Sequence record: NC_054911.1
DNA length: 64,000 nucleotides
Strand: one strand, 5' to 3'
Origin: Escherichia phage ECO4
The position numbers and the translations under genes are program-made. Below the pieces are notes generated by a model that saw nothing but the letters and a program-made list of their open reading frames with translations, searched no databases and was not told the DNA's origin. Positions 32,678-43,498 of the stretch are shown here, piece by piece (the first letter of the stretch is position 1; each line of letters opens with the position of its first letter).

Positions 32678-33513
32678 TAGAATGCTCCTTGGAAAATATT
32701 ATCACCACTAATAGGTCTATTATACAAATACTCTATGCCACCAGGTTTAATATAGTTCCATGTCTGAAACGGATGTGTCTGATATGGATGATATAGATTA
32801 TAAGGATTAAATCCAGGCGTTCTCCAGGTAGTGTTCCAAGGAAAAGAATCGTTTTTAACCATCTTCTCAATTAAATCTTTTATAGCTTTTTCACTATCAA
32901 AACTTTCTTTATTTTCCTTCGGCGAAAAAAGCTTATTTTCTACATCATTCCATGTATAAACTCGCTGCGCAGTTTTTGGAATATTGTCACGCTCTCCTCG
33001 AGCCATCCAATAAACCGGAACATTTAATATTTCACTCGCGTGGTCGCAGTGGTGAGCAAGATCGTCAATATAACAAATTACGTTATATTTCTCTTTTGCC
33101 TTTTTGAACAACTCTTCTTTTGAAGAATCATGACCACACATCATTACTTCTGAGAAGGCACCAGGAAAAAGAGCATTCAAATTAAATTGACGATTCAGCA
33201 GAGCGTCAATAGAATCACCCAATGCTGTAACAGCTACAAAATTATAATCTTCTTTTAATTTGTTAATTACACACAGGGCATCTTTATATGGAGACAAGTA
33301 ACGAATAAAATCTGATCGATTGTATTTTTCAATTAGCTTGACACCAAGTTCTTCATCACAATTAAAGAGTTTACCTGGAGAAATAAATTTCTCATCTTGG
33401 ATCATTTTTAAAATATGTTCTAACGGAAGATTATATTTCTGAGCAAAATAAGGAAGACCTGATTGCCAGCTTAAACATACTCCATCAATATCAGTTAAAA
33501 TAGTAGGCTTCAT
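32677..33513 (-). CDS. HAD-superfamily hydrolase-like protein (30.2 position)
   Basis: 278 aa; N-terminal DIDGV motif typical of HAD phosphatases/nucleotidases. Confidence 0.6.
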   Translation of the reverse strand: MKPTILTDIDGVCLSWQSGLPYFAQKYNLPLEHILKMIQDEKFISPGKLFNCDEELGVKLIEKYNRSDFIRYLSPYKDALCVINKLKEDYNFVAVTALGDSIDALLNRQFNLNALFPGAFSEVMMCGHDSSKEELFKKAKEKYNVICYIDDLAHHCDHASEILNVPVYWMARGERDNIPKTAQRVYTWNDVENKLFSPKENKESFDSEKAIKDLIEKMVKNDSFPWNTTWRTPGFNPYNLYHPYQTHPFQTWNYIKPGGIEYLYNRPISGDNIFQGAF

Positions 33514-33974
33514 AGAGAGTCTCTTAATAGGTTTAACACATCAATAAATTCAGCTTCGGTTAGTATTGTATCATCTTTTGTTAGACCACTAGCCATGCTA
33601 TGCTTCAAAACTTTTCCTTTCGAGGCTAGTAATGCATCACGAAAGCCCTTGTTTTGAATCGCCGCTTCAAAATATGCATTTGTGTACAACTCTTTCCACG
33701 CTGGTGAGTATCTTGAAAACGGAACTCCAAGCCAGAAGAGGGTCCCACGGTCCTGAGCTCTAGCATAAGACCTTCCAGCTTGTTGGGCGGCAAGCCCGGA
33801 TAACCCAAATACACGACGTTGCTGTTCAACATTTTTCACCTTACATCCTTGGAGAAATCCTTCAAGACCTCCAAATTGGATACCATCCATAACAAAAGGC
33901 CATTGGGCGAAATTACTTAATGCACACGATGGCCATCTAAAATTACTTCTAATCTCTAACTCAGGCATTTTCAA
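33510..33974 (-). CDS. NADAR/YbiA-like (DUF1768) protein
   Basis: 154 aa; ALSNFAQWPFVMDGIQF...EGFLQGCK aligns with the YbiA signature FSNF..WP...DG....EH.FQA.K. Confidence 0.6.
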   Translation of the reverse strand: MKMPELEIRSNFRWPSCALSNFAQWPFVMDGIQFGGLEGFLQGCKVKNVEQQRRVFGLSGLAAQQAGRSYARAQDRGTLFWLGVPFSRYSPAWKELYTNAYFEAAIQNKGFRDALLASKGKVLKHSMASGLTKDDTILTEAEFIDVLNLLRDSL

Positions 33975-34167
33975 TACTTATAATTTCAACATCAGCCCAA
34001 TGACCATAGCAAGGAAGACGAAATTCAACTGGCCAGTTAGGGTCCTTTTCTAATATAATAGACTTAACTTGTGGTTCTTCATGTTCATCAGTATATGGAT
34101 TTTTATCTGTTACTTTATATGTGACCTTAATGTACTGAATTCCAAAAATCTTATTAATTATATTCAT
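33961..34167 (-). CDS. hypothetical protein
   Basis: 68-aa ORF in overlapping early-gene array. Confidence 0.5.
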   Translation of the reverse strand: MNIINKIFGIQYIKVTYKVTDKNPYTDEHEEPQVKSIILEKDPNWPVEFRLPCYGHWADVEIISIENA

Positions 34168-34361
34168 ACTAATTCCTTTAATCCGTAAATAGGAGATAAT
34201 TCATCACCCATACGAAGGTCTTCATTTCCATCTACCCAGGAAACAATATAAGCCTCTTTTATTTGAACACCACTCCATTTAAATGGAGGTAGAACCTTAG
34301 AAATTAATCCAGGTATACCAACTCCCTTTAATTCAACAGTTTGACCTAAAAAGAATTTCAT
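34164..34361 (-). CDS. hypothetical protein
   Basis: 65-aa ORF in overlapping early-gene array. Confidence 0.5.
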   Translation of the reverse strand: MKFFLGQTVELKGVGIPGLISKVLPPFKWSGVQIKEAYIVSWVDGNEDLRMGDELSPIYGLKELV

Positions 34362-34648
34362 CAGAACCTCATCTGAAAGCCGTGTGATTTAACATTACCG
34401 CCGCCAATATCAGAAATATTAATTTCACGCGCAATTGAAGGGTCAATGTCAATTTCACGATTAAGTTTAGCGATAGCTAAAGTATCACGCCCATTTACTG
34501 TACGGAATTCTAAAGGACAAACCACATCAACATAATTTTTAATCGATTCACTGGTAGGTTGCAAATGAGCAGGAAGGTCTTTAGGCGCCTTAGAGAAAAC
34601 AACTTCACAGAAATTTTTGCGGGTATCAAAATAAGTAGTCATAAACAT
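34361..34648 (-). CDS. hypothetical protein
   Basis: 95 aa from ATG 34648 with GAGGAAAA RBS; ORF track start 34699 is a TTG overlapping a hairpin at 34665..34680. Confidence 0.5.
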   Translation of the reverse strand: MFMTTYFDTRKNFCEVVFSKAPKDLPAHLQPTSESIKNYVDVVCPLEFRTVNGRDTLAIAKLNREIDIDPSIAREINISDIGGGNVKSHGFQMRF

Positions 34649-34688
34649 AGTATTTTCCTCAGTAAGGGGCCGAAGCCCCTGTTTTATT

Positions 34689-35054
34689 TTAAATATCAAA
34701 TTCGTTAAGAACTACATCAAAGATTGCTTCAAGATGCTCAGGTTTAGCTCTGTTACTCAAAATATGACGAATCCAAGTTTTAACCAGAAGCTTACGATTA
34801 GCGCCATTCCAGCAAGGATGGGTCCCTAAATCGCGTTGACGAAAATCATCATCCAGAGCGATTTTGAAGTTTGAACCTTCCATTGTGATTGAAACCGTGA
34901 TGCCATTTTCAAATCGCATATAAACGTAGTTAGGAGTCATATACTGTTCAATTTCGCATACTGATCCATTTTGATGTTTCCAAAGGCAAATAGTATCAAT
35001 AGAACCTGCAATACCATTAGAAACATATTTACGTTCAAAGTTGATGTAGTTCAT
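34689..35054 (-). CDS. hypothetical protein
   Basis: 121-aa ORF downstream of promoter 35081..35120. Confidence 0.55.
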   Translation of the reverse strand: MNYINFERKYVSNGIAGSIDTICLWKHQNGSVCEIEQYMTPNYVYMRFENGITVSITMEGSNFKIALDDDFRQRDLGTHPCWNGANRKLLVKTWIRHILSNRAKPEHLEAIFDVVLNEFDI

Positions 35055-35080
35055 TTTTATTCTCCGAGATGTTTAATTGC

Positions 35081-35120
35081 GGTACAGGTATATAATATCA
35101 TATCCTGTACCAAAGTAAAC
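35081..35120 (-). promoter_or_regulatory. early-type promoter with overlapping stem-loop
   Basis: Minus strand GTTTACT - 17 nt - TATTAT with TGn; inverted repeat GGTACAGG/CCTGTACC brackets the -10. Confidence 0.55.
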
Positions 35121-35122
35121 AA

Positions 35123-35455
35123 TTATTTTACTACTTTCCAGTGCTTCATGTCAAGTTTACCAACTTTTTTCATCTTCTCAATCAAACGTTCGGCACGTTG
35201 GCGAGCTGTAACATAATACCATTCGCCTAATTCATTTTGTTCAATTTTTCCAACGATTACTGTATTCAATTCATAAATCCAACCAGTAAAGAAATTATGA
35301 ACTTGAATTGTAAAGGTGAAATCTGTTCCCATACCTTCTGTTGTTTCTACTTCAATAATATCACCTTCAACTGCCATTAAGAACCACATAGTTTCATCAT
35401 ATTTACCATTGAAGCATTTAGTTTTAACTGCAGCGTTCAGATTAATCGTTTTCAT
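35123..35455 (-). CDS. hypothetical protein
   Basis: 110-aa ORF with AAGGAGA RBS. Confidence 0.55.
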   Translation of the reverse strand: MKTINLNAAVKTKCFNGKYDETMWFLMAVEGDIIEVETTEGMGTDFTFTIQVHNFFTGWIYELNTVIVGKIEQNELGEWYYVTARQRAERLIEKMKKVGKLDMKHWKVVK

Positions 35456-35469
35456 TTTATTCTCCTTTG

Positions 35470-35512
35470 TTTGTGTAAGATAATACTATCACAAAGGAAC
35501 CATACTGTAAAC
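35470..35512 (-). promoter_or_regulatory. early-type promoter with overlapping stem-loop
   Basis: Minus strand GTTTACA - 17 nt - TAGTAT with TGn; inverted repeat TTTGTG/CACAAA. Confidence 0.5.
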
Positions 35513-35542
35513 AACTTTGTGCAATCTTTGGAAAATAAAAAA

Positions 35543-35562
35543 AGGACTCCCGAAGGAGTCCT
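35543..35562 (-). terminator. rho-independent terminator
   Basis: 8-bp stem AGGACTCC/GGAGTCCT with CGAA loop, followed on minus strand by TTTTTTTTATTTTC. Confidence 0.8.
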
Positions 35563-35566
35563 CAAC

Positions 35567-35743
35567 TTATGCTTTCTGCTTACCAAAACGAGAAGCATCA
35601 TCTCGAAGAACCGCACGTGCTCGGCGCATGATCTTCTCAACAGTTTGATTGATACGAGAGTTCGACCCACGCTTGTAACCAGCGCGTTTAGAATCACCAA
35701 CTTTCTTTTCAACTGCTTTCTTTGCTTTAACTTGTTTTGCCAT
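35567..35743 (-). CDS. small basic protein, 58 aa
   Basis: ATG at 35743 (MAKQVKAKKAV...); Lys/Arg-rich; followed by the terminator. Confidence 0.5.
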   Translation of the reverse strand: MAKQVKAKKAVEKKVGDSKRAGYKRGSNSRINQTVEKIMRRARAVLRDDASRFGKQKA

Positions 35744-36032
35744 TATAAATTCTCTTTTAAATGAAAATGCAGGACTTATTGGCATTGCCTGCGCAAGCCC
35801 TCAAGGGGGAACATAGGTTTTGTATATTTACCGACAGGATAACCATAAACCTCGTCAACATACCACCAAGACTTACACAGATAACACTTTTCTGACGCAT
35901 GATAGTAACATTCAAGAGGTACACCGTAAAACTGCCGGGGTCTTAAAACTATAATGATTCGCAAATCATTAATCAGACAGTTCGACGGCTCCTCGATTTT
36001 AGCTCACACTAAGGCAGTGAATCTCCAATAAA

Positions 36033-36281
36033 TTACTTCAGTGTTACCACAAAGTGACGAACTGCTTTTCGTGCAGCAGAAGCCAGAGGCTTAGCATACT
36101 TAAGTTCATCTTTTTCCTGAAGCTCAGCAGCTAATGCAGTTTGAGCAGGATTTAGATGTTTGAAATAACGCAGGATTTCAAGAGCTTCGGCTTCAACATC
36201 AATAGATGCGCCATAGTTTTCGTGACCATTATTCCATGCGTTTCGTTGCAGTTCAAGAGCGTGTTGTAATTGTTTAATCAT
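36033..36281 (-). CDS. rIII: rIII lysis-inhibition accessory protein
   Basis: 82 aa as in T4 rIII; immediately downstream of gene 31. Confidence 0.7.
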   Translation of the reverse strand: MIKQLQHALELQRNAWNNGHENYGASIDVEAEALEILRYFKHLNPAQTALAAELQEKDELKYAKPLASAARKAVRHFVVTLK

Positions 36282-36419
36282 TTAAAAATTCTCGTTAGAG
36301 ATTAAAACTCGGTAGTCACGTTCTTCTGAATTTCATCTTCTTTCGACAGATCTCTCAGTTGTAGACTACCACATAGAATTGTTCGGTTAACTTATTATTC
36401 CGACACCCAATTCATATTA

Positions 36420-36427
36420 TTATTTAT
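36420..36427 (-). promoter_or_regulatory. late promoter TATAAATA upstream of rIII
   Basis: Exact TATAAATA on minus strand in the 31-rIII intergenic region. Confidence 0.5.
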
Positions 36428-36428
36428 A

Positions 36429-36764
36429 TCACTTATAAAGACACGGAATAGCTTTATAGTGACAAGTAACGAATTTTTGTTTAATTTCTTTTGGCTGCTT
36501 AAGACCCAGAGCTACAAAAGGATGCGGAACATTTCGAATTTGACCAACTGGAAGAGAAGTCAAATCACCAACTTCGCAGAAACCTTCAGGAACATCAGGA
36601 CCGACAGAGTGAACTACACACAGTTCAGGAACTTCACCTTGAACACGTTTACCGATAATAAGTCCTGATTCTGTAACTTCTTCATCACCGGCTTGTGCGG
36701 GTTCAGAAACTAAAATAACATATTCACCGACAGCACGAATTGGTAGCTGTTGTACTTCAGACAT
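36429..36764 (-). CDS. 31: gp31 co-chaperonin (GroES-like)
   Basis: 111 aa as in T4 gp31; position. Confidence 0.9.
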
Positions 36765-36794
36765 CGTTTTTCCTTTTTGTTAACAGATGAATTA

Positions 36795-36821
36795 ATAATA
36801 ACAAATAATTCTTAAAGCATT
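36795..36821 (-). promoter_or_regulatory. candidate MotA-type middle promoter for gene 31
   Basis: Minus strand AATGCTTTA - 12 nt - TATTAT. Confidence 0.4.
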
Positions 36822-37129
36822 TATTTACCAATAAATTGGAGTAAATGCTCAACTTTCATACCATTAACAGAAATCAATTTGTCAATAGAAAAACCTCGCC
36901 ATGCACCAAGTTCAACATCAAATACTGGAATCATGTCAGTAGATTCTTTCCGAGTCGATTCAGTCAATTTACCAGTTTGCATGGTTGGCATAAAGTCAGC
37001 ATCGCGAGTACCTTTCATAGTACGAATAGTACCATCAGACTTTTCAAAAACTACGTTTGAAATACCCATGGACAATTTAGTTTTCAAAATTTCACGAATT
37101 GCTACTTTCTGTTCAGTTGTCAGTTTCAT
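36821..37129 (-). CDS. hypothetical protein (31.1 position)
   Basis: 102-aa ORF. Confidence 0.55.
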   Translation of the reverse strand: MKLTTEQKVAIREILKTKLSMGISNVVFEKSDGTIRTMKGTRDADFMPTMQTGKLTESTRKESTDMIPVFDVELGAWRGFSIDKLISVNGMKVEHLLQFIGK

Positions 37130-37366
37130 TTATTTACCTATTACAGTTTTAATATGAGTTCTTCCACGTTCTTTAAGGGTGGAAAGTAATTTTTGGCATT
37201 TTTCTAAATCAGATTTCCAACTATATGGTCTATCAATACTAGTCCAATCAGTTTTATAATACTGTTTCCATTTAGAGAAAAAATATTTCTTATACTCTAC
37301 AGCAAACGAGATGTTCTCGTTAGAATAAGAACTAATTGCTGTAAGCTTTACCAAACGAAATTTCAT
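37130..37366 (-). CDS. hypothetical protein (31.2 position)
   Basis: 78-aa ORF. Confidence 0.5.
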   Translation of the reverse strand: MKFRLVKLTAISSYSNENISFAVEYKKYFFSKWKQYYKTDWTSIDRPYSWKSDLEKCQKLLSTLKERGRTHIKTVIGK

Positions 37367-37947
37367 TATTCACCACAGAATTCGTTGATATTTTCCCAGT
37401 TTAACTTATTCAAGTTTTTCTTAGGAACATTAAACACTTCAATACCTGCATTTCGCAGAATATCATCCCAGCCAGGTTTATTTTTATCGTATGTTTCGCA
37501 ATAAACCAGTTTTTTAATACCAGATTGAGCTATCGCTTTTGCACAATCTGGACAAGGAGAAAGTGTTACATACATAGTAGCACCTTCAATAGAAGAACCA
37601 TTTCGTGCAGCAAACAAAATTGCATTTAGTTCAGCATGAATTTCATTTTTAGACGACCATTCAGAGTGAGCACTACGATGTTCTTTAGCCAAGACAAAGC
37701 GATCAGTTGAACCAAATGATACGCATTCAGGTTTATGGCCTTGAATGATAGTGTGTTTAGGCTTATTCAACAACCAACCTTGCTCAGCAGCATAATCACA
37801 ACAGTTCACACCACCAGCAGGTGAACCATTATATCCGGTAGAAATAATACGTCCATTCTTTTCAATTACTGCTCCTACCTTCCAGGAGCAACATTTTGAT
37901 TCCTGCGATACTAAATATGCAATTTGAAGTACTGTACTCGCTTTCAT
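37366..37947 (-). CDS. cd: dCMP deaminase
   Basis: 193 aa; zinc-binding deaminase motifs HAELNAI and PCPDCAKAI. Confidence 0.9.
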   Translation of the reverse strand: MKASTVLQIAYLVSQESKCCSWKVGAVIEKNGRIISTGYNGSPAGGVNCCDYAAEQGWLLNKPKHTIIQGHKPECVSFGSTDRFVLAKEHRSAHSEWSSKNEIHAELNAILFAARNGSSIEGATMYVTLSPCPDCAKAIAQSGIKKLVYCETYDKNKPGWDDILRNAGIEVFNVPKKNLNKLNWENINEFCGE

Positions 37948-38282
37948 TTCATAATCACCAGATAAGCAGATTTAGCAGTTTCAACACGATAAATTTCGTG
38001 ACGAAGTTTAGTTATACTTTTAATAACAGAACTAATTATATTCTGCCCATCTTTAAAGCGGTTTTTCTTATCAATAAAAACTGCGCCAGTCATCTTTTTG
38101 TGAAGCTCAACTGGATACTTCGTCACAATAATAGCATCATATACAGAAGGATGAATACTATTTACTAGAGTGTCATTCATTAAAGTTATTCTAATGAACT
38201 GTGCTGTTTCAGAGTCAAGCGCTCTATGATCGCCAGTATCATTTTCAAGACAATTATCAATTATATCAGTTAAATTCATCAT
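37944..38282 (-). CDS. hypothetical protein (cd.1 position)
   Basis: 112-aa ORF. Confidence 0.5.
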   Translation of the reverse strand: MMNLTDIIDNCLENDTGDHRALDSETAQFIRITLMNDTLVNSIHPSVYDAIIVTKYPVELHKKMTGAVFIDKKNRFKDGQNIISSVIKSITKLRHEIYRVETAKSAYLVIMK

Positions 38283-38518
38283 AGTACGCCATACACCCTT
38301 TGTGCTTCAACTAATCCATCAAAATCTAATTTAAGATGCGATATTTGATCGCCATCACCTGGATTCACAATTACTAATACTGAACGAGGAGTTTCAGTAA
38401 TAACACGAACCGATGTTTCAGGAAATCGTTCAGAAACCTTATTTACCAATTCCTGCGCAAATAGCTTAACTTTTTCTTGGAATTCTTTAACAGTAATCGG
38501 TTTTTCACTTAGCAGCAT
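38279..38518 (-). CDS. hypothetical protein (cd.2 position)
   Basis: 79-aa ORF with GAGGAAAA RBS downstream of promoter 38538..38577. Confidence 0.5.
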   Translation of the reverse strand: MLLSEKPITVKEFQEKVKLFAQELVNKVSERFPETSVRVITETPRSVLVIVNPGDGDQISHLKLDFDGLVEAQRVYGVL

Positions 38519-38537
38519 TTTGTTTTCCTCATTTGTT

Positions 38538-38577
38538 TGGTAGAGCTATAATATCACAACTCTACCGTAAAGTAAAC
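38538..38577 (-). promoter_or_regulatory. early-type promoter with overlapping stem-loop
   Basis: Minus strand GTTTACT - 17 nt - TATTAT with TGn; inverted repeat GGTAGAG/CTCTACC brackets the -10. Confidence 0.55.
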
Positions 38578-38579
38578 TA

Positions 38580-38885
38580 TTAAATTGCTTTGAATTCTGA
38601 TGTCTGTGATTCAAAACGAATGTCGCCTTTGATAACTAGCTCAGCATCAAGACCGAATACAACAATGATATGCGCGGAACCTGGATACAACGTGATGGCA
38701 ACAGAATCCACCTGGTCTGGAAGCAAAGTGTTCAATACATGAGTCACTTGAGCATGAATTCGAAGCTCGGCTGCGTTATCAAGCTTTTCAAACATATTAT
38801 TAGCGATAATTTGACTAAACACTACTTCTACAATTTTAGAATAAGTCGGAAACATATTTACCTCACATAATTTTCTTCGAGCCAA
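38580..38885 (-). CDS. hypothetical protein
   Basis: 101-aa ORF; start may be the internal ATG at 38855. Confidence 0.45.
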   Translation of the reverse strand: MARRKLCEVNMFPTYSKIVEVVFSQIIANNMFEKLDNAAELRIHAQVTHVLNTLLPDQVDSVAITLYPGSAHIIVVFGLDAELVIKGDIRFESQTSEFKAI

Positions 38886-39050
38886 TCAATAACATCCAAC
38901 GCATTATCAAAAGTTGAACCATCTACTTTGTCTTCTGTTTCATAATCAAGAACATCTAAACCTACTCTTCCATCAACAATAGGCCATAAACAAAATAGAT
39001 ATTTCTTTTCTTTTTCAATTTTATCACAAAGACGATAAATCTTTTCTATG

Positions 39051-39058
<8 letters not shown>
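38858..39058 (-). CDS. hypothetical protein
   Basis: 66-aa ORF. Confidence 0.5.
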
Positions 39059-40448
<1,390 letters not shown>

Positions 40449-40452
<4 letters not shown>

Positions 40453-40679
40453 TTATTTTTCTCAACCAATGATTGAATATAATCATGCAGGTCTTTAGAT
40501 GCTTTACCCCACTTATTTTGATATTCATTTTTGAGATTAGCGCGTGATTGAGCTAATAAAACATCATTAGTTGGAGGTAAAGATTCTAATCGTTGAATCT
40601 GTCGTCCATAAATCATTGCAGCCATCTCGGATTCATAAATTAATCCTTTTAGATGTTCAAATTGATACCATGAAATCAT
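40449..40679 (-). CDS. hypothetical protein
   Basis: 76-aa ORF. Confidence 0.5.
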
Positions 40680-40975
40680 TTACATTTATCCTCTTTTAGC
40701 TCTTGACGATAATAACATATCATAGTTTTCTGGTCATGTACATATCGTTTTACATCATTAAGCCAAATACGAAATTCCTGAGAATCTTCAAATGGCATAC
40801 CTACCCAAGCTTTACCATCAATAACTTTAACTTGCCAAGATAGTTTAGCTTCGTCATATGACTTTATTTGCACAGGCCAATTAGGATGAACTGTTTCTTT
40901 CTTTACTTCTAGAGGCTTTGTCGAACAACCAACTAGAAGACCAATAGATAATATTACTGCAGATAATTTAATCAT
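40676..40975 (-). CDS. pseT.2: outer-membrane lipoprotein, putative o-spanin
   Basis: 99 aa; signal peptide with lipobox LVGC; start overlaps upstream membrane protein gene. Confidence 0.6.
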   Translation of the reverse strand: MIKLSAVILSIGLLVGCSTKPLEVKKETVHPNWPVQIKSYDEAKLSWQVKVIDGKAWVGMPFEDSQEFRIWLNDVKRYVHDQKTMICYYRQELKEDKCK

Positions 40976-41325
40976 TTAGAAAGGTCCTGGATGTCTTCTG
41001 CGAACTTGTTGAAGGAGTTGTTGATTTGTTTTTCAACCAATCCTGGCTTACGAGCCACCACATCCGCCTTCTTTGCATCTTTGCGCAGTTTTTCATTTTC
41101 ACGCTCAATAGCAGCAATCGCCTCACGATTTTTATTATTCATCGCATCAATATAATTATACTGAATTCGCAAATTATTTAATGCTAAGGCGTTTTCATTG
41201 GCCGTTTTTGTAATTTCTACAACAGACGTTTCTAATCTTTCTACCTTATTTTTTAAAATAATAGATGTTCCGCCAAATGCTATTACAAGTAATAGCAATC
41301 CAGCTGTAAAATTACTTACATGCAT
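40972..41325 (-). CDS. pseT.3: N-terminal TM plus coiled-coil protein, putative i-spanin
   Basis: 117 aa; one N-terminal hydrophobic helix then a charged helical domain; paired with the lipoprotein. Confidence 0.6.
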   Translation of the reverse strand: MHVSNFTAGLLLLVIAFGGTSIILKNKVERLETSVVEITKTANENALALNNLRIQYNYIDAMNNKNREAIAAIERENEKLRKDAKKADVVARKPGLVEKQINNSFNKFAEDIQDLSK

Positions 41326-41819
41326 AAAGTTTTAATAACCTCTATAATATCGTCTTGAGAAAGACCGTTAATTAAAATATGATGTTCAGCCGGAGATTTA
41401 GAAATTTTAAAGCACGCCGCAACATCTTCTGCCATATCCGATGCGCTACGATTTGGATTACTAATTCCAAGACGATGCTTTCCTGTCAAAGGATTAACGA
41501 TGATATAGCATTTGCAGCTATTGATATGAACATTAGGTTGAGTCTGATTAATAAACACTTCACAATCATACTTAGCGAGTTGATTTTCTAAAAAGACTTT
41601 CATCTCCTCAACCGCATCAGGAAGCATATCACGGGCTTGCTCAAGACGACGATTTCGATATTCTTTAATGGTCGTTTTCCGCTTGACTTGCTTAGCTAAA
41701 TCTTTCTTAAGATCGGTGATATATCCAACTCGACGATTTCCTTTGAATACAGAAATCCCATCTGTAGTATCACCGTATGCTTCAACGACCATTTCAGTAG
41801 TAATAAGCTGCAAATCCAT
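41316..41819 (-). CDS. alc: Alc, inhibitor of host transcription
   Basis: 167 aa from second ATG; position between pseT region and rnlA. Confidence 0.7.
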   Translation of the reverse strand: MDLQLITTEMVVEAYGDTTDGISVFKGNRRVGYITDLKKDLAKQVKRKTTIKEYRNRRLEQARDMLPDAVEEMKVFLENQLAKYDCEVFINQTQPNVHINSCKCYIIVNPLTGKHRLGISNPNRSASDMAEDVAACFKISKSPAEHHILINGLSQDDIIEVIKTLCM

Positions 41820-41826
41820 CATAAAG

Positions 41827-41880
41827 TCCTCATGTTATGTCAGTAAGACTACTATAACACAACACGAGGGACTTGTAAAC
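41827..41880 (-). promoter_or_regulatory. early-type promoter/leader cassette, copy 2 of the exact 54-bp repeat
   Basis: Identical to 26503..26556; lies between rnlA stop and alc start. Confidence 0.6.
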
Positions 41881-41883
41881 AGC

Positions 41884-43471
<1,588 letters not shown>

Positions 43472-43479
43472 AATAAAAT

Positions 43480-43493
43480 GGGCCTTGCGGCCC
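43480..43493 (-). terminator. intercistronic hairpin between nrdB and denA
   Basis: GGGCC-TTGC-GGCCC followed by ATTTTATT; sits between an AAGGAG and the denA ATG. Confidence 0.5.
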
Positions 43494-43498
43494 ACTCC

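Noticed and set aside
35452-35712. 86-aa minus-strand ORF
   Set aside because: Runs through a strong terminator hairpin (35543..35562) and an early promoter; the 58-aa basic ORF 35567..35743 in another frame fits the signals better.
35776-35964. 62-aa Cys-rich minus-strand ORF after rIII
   Set aside because: Initiates only with TTG and has no RBS; kept as part of the ORF-poor segment finding rather than as a gene.
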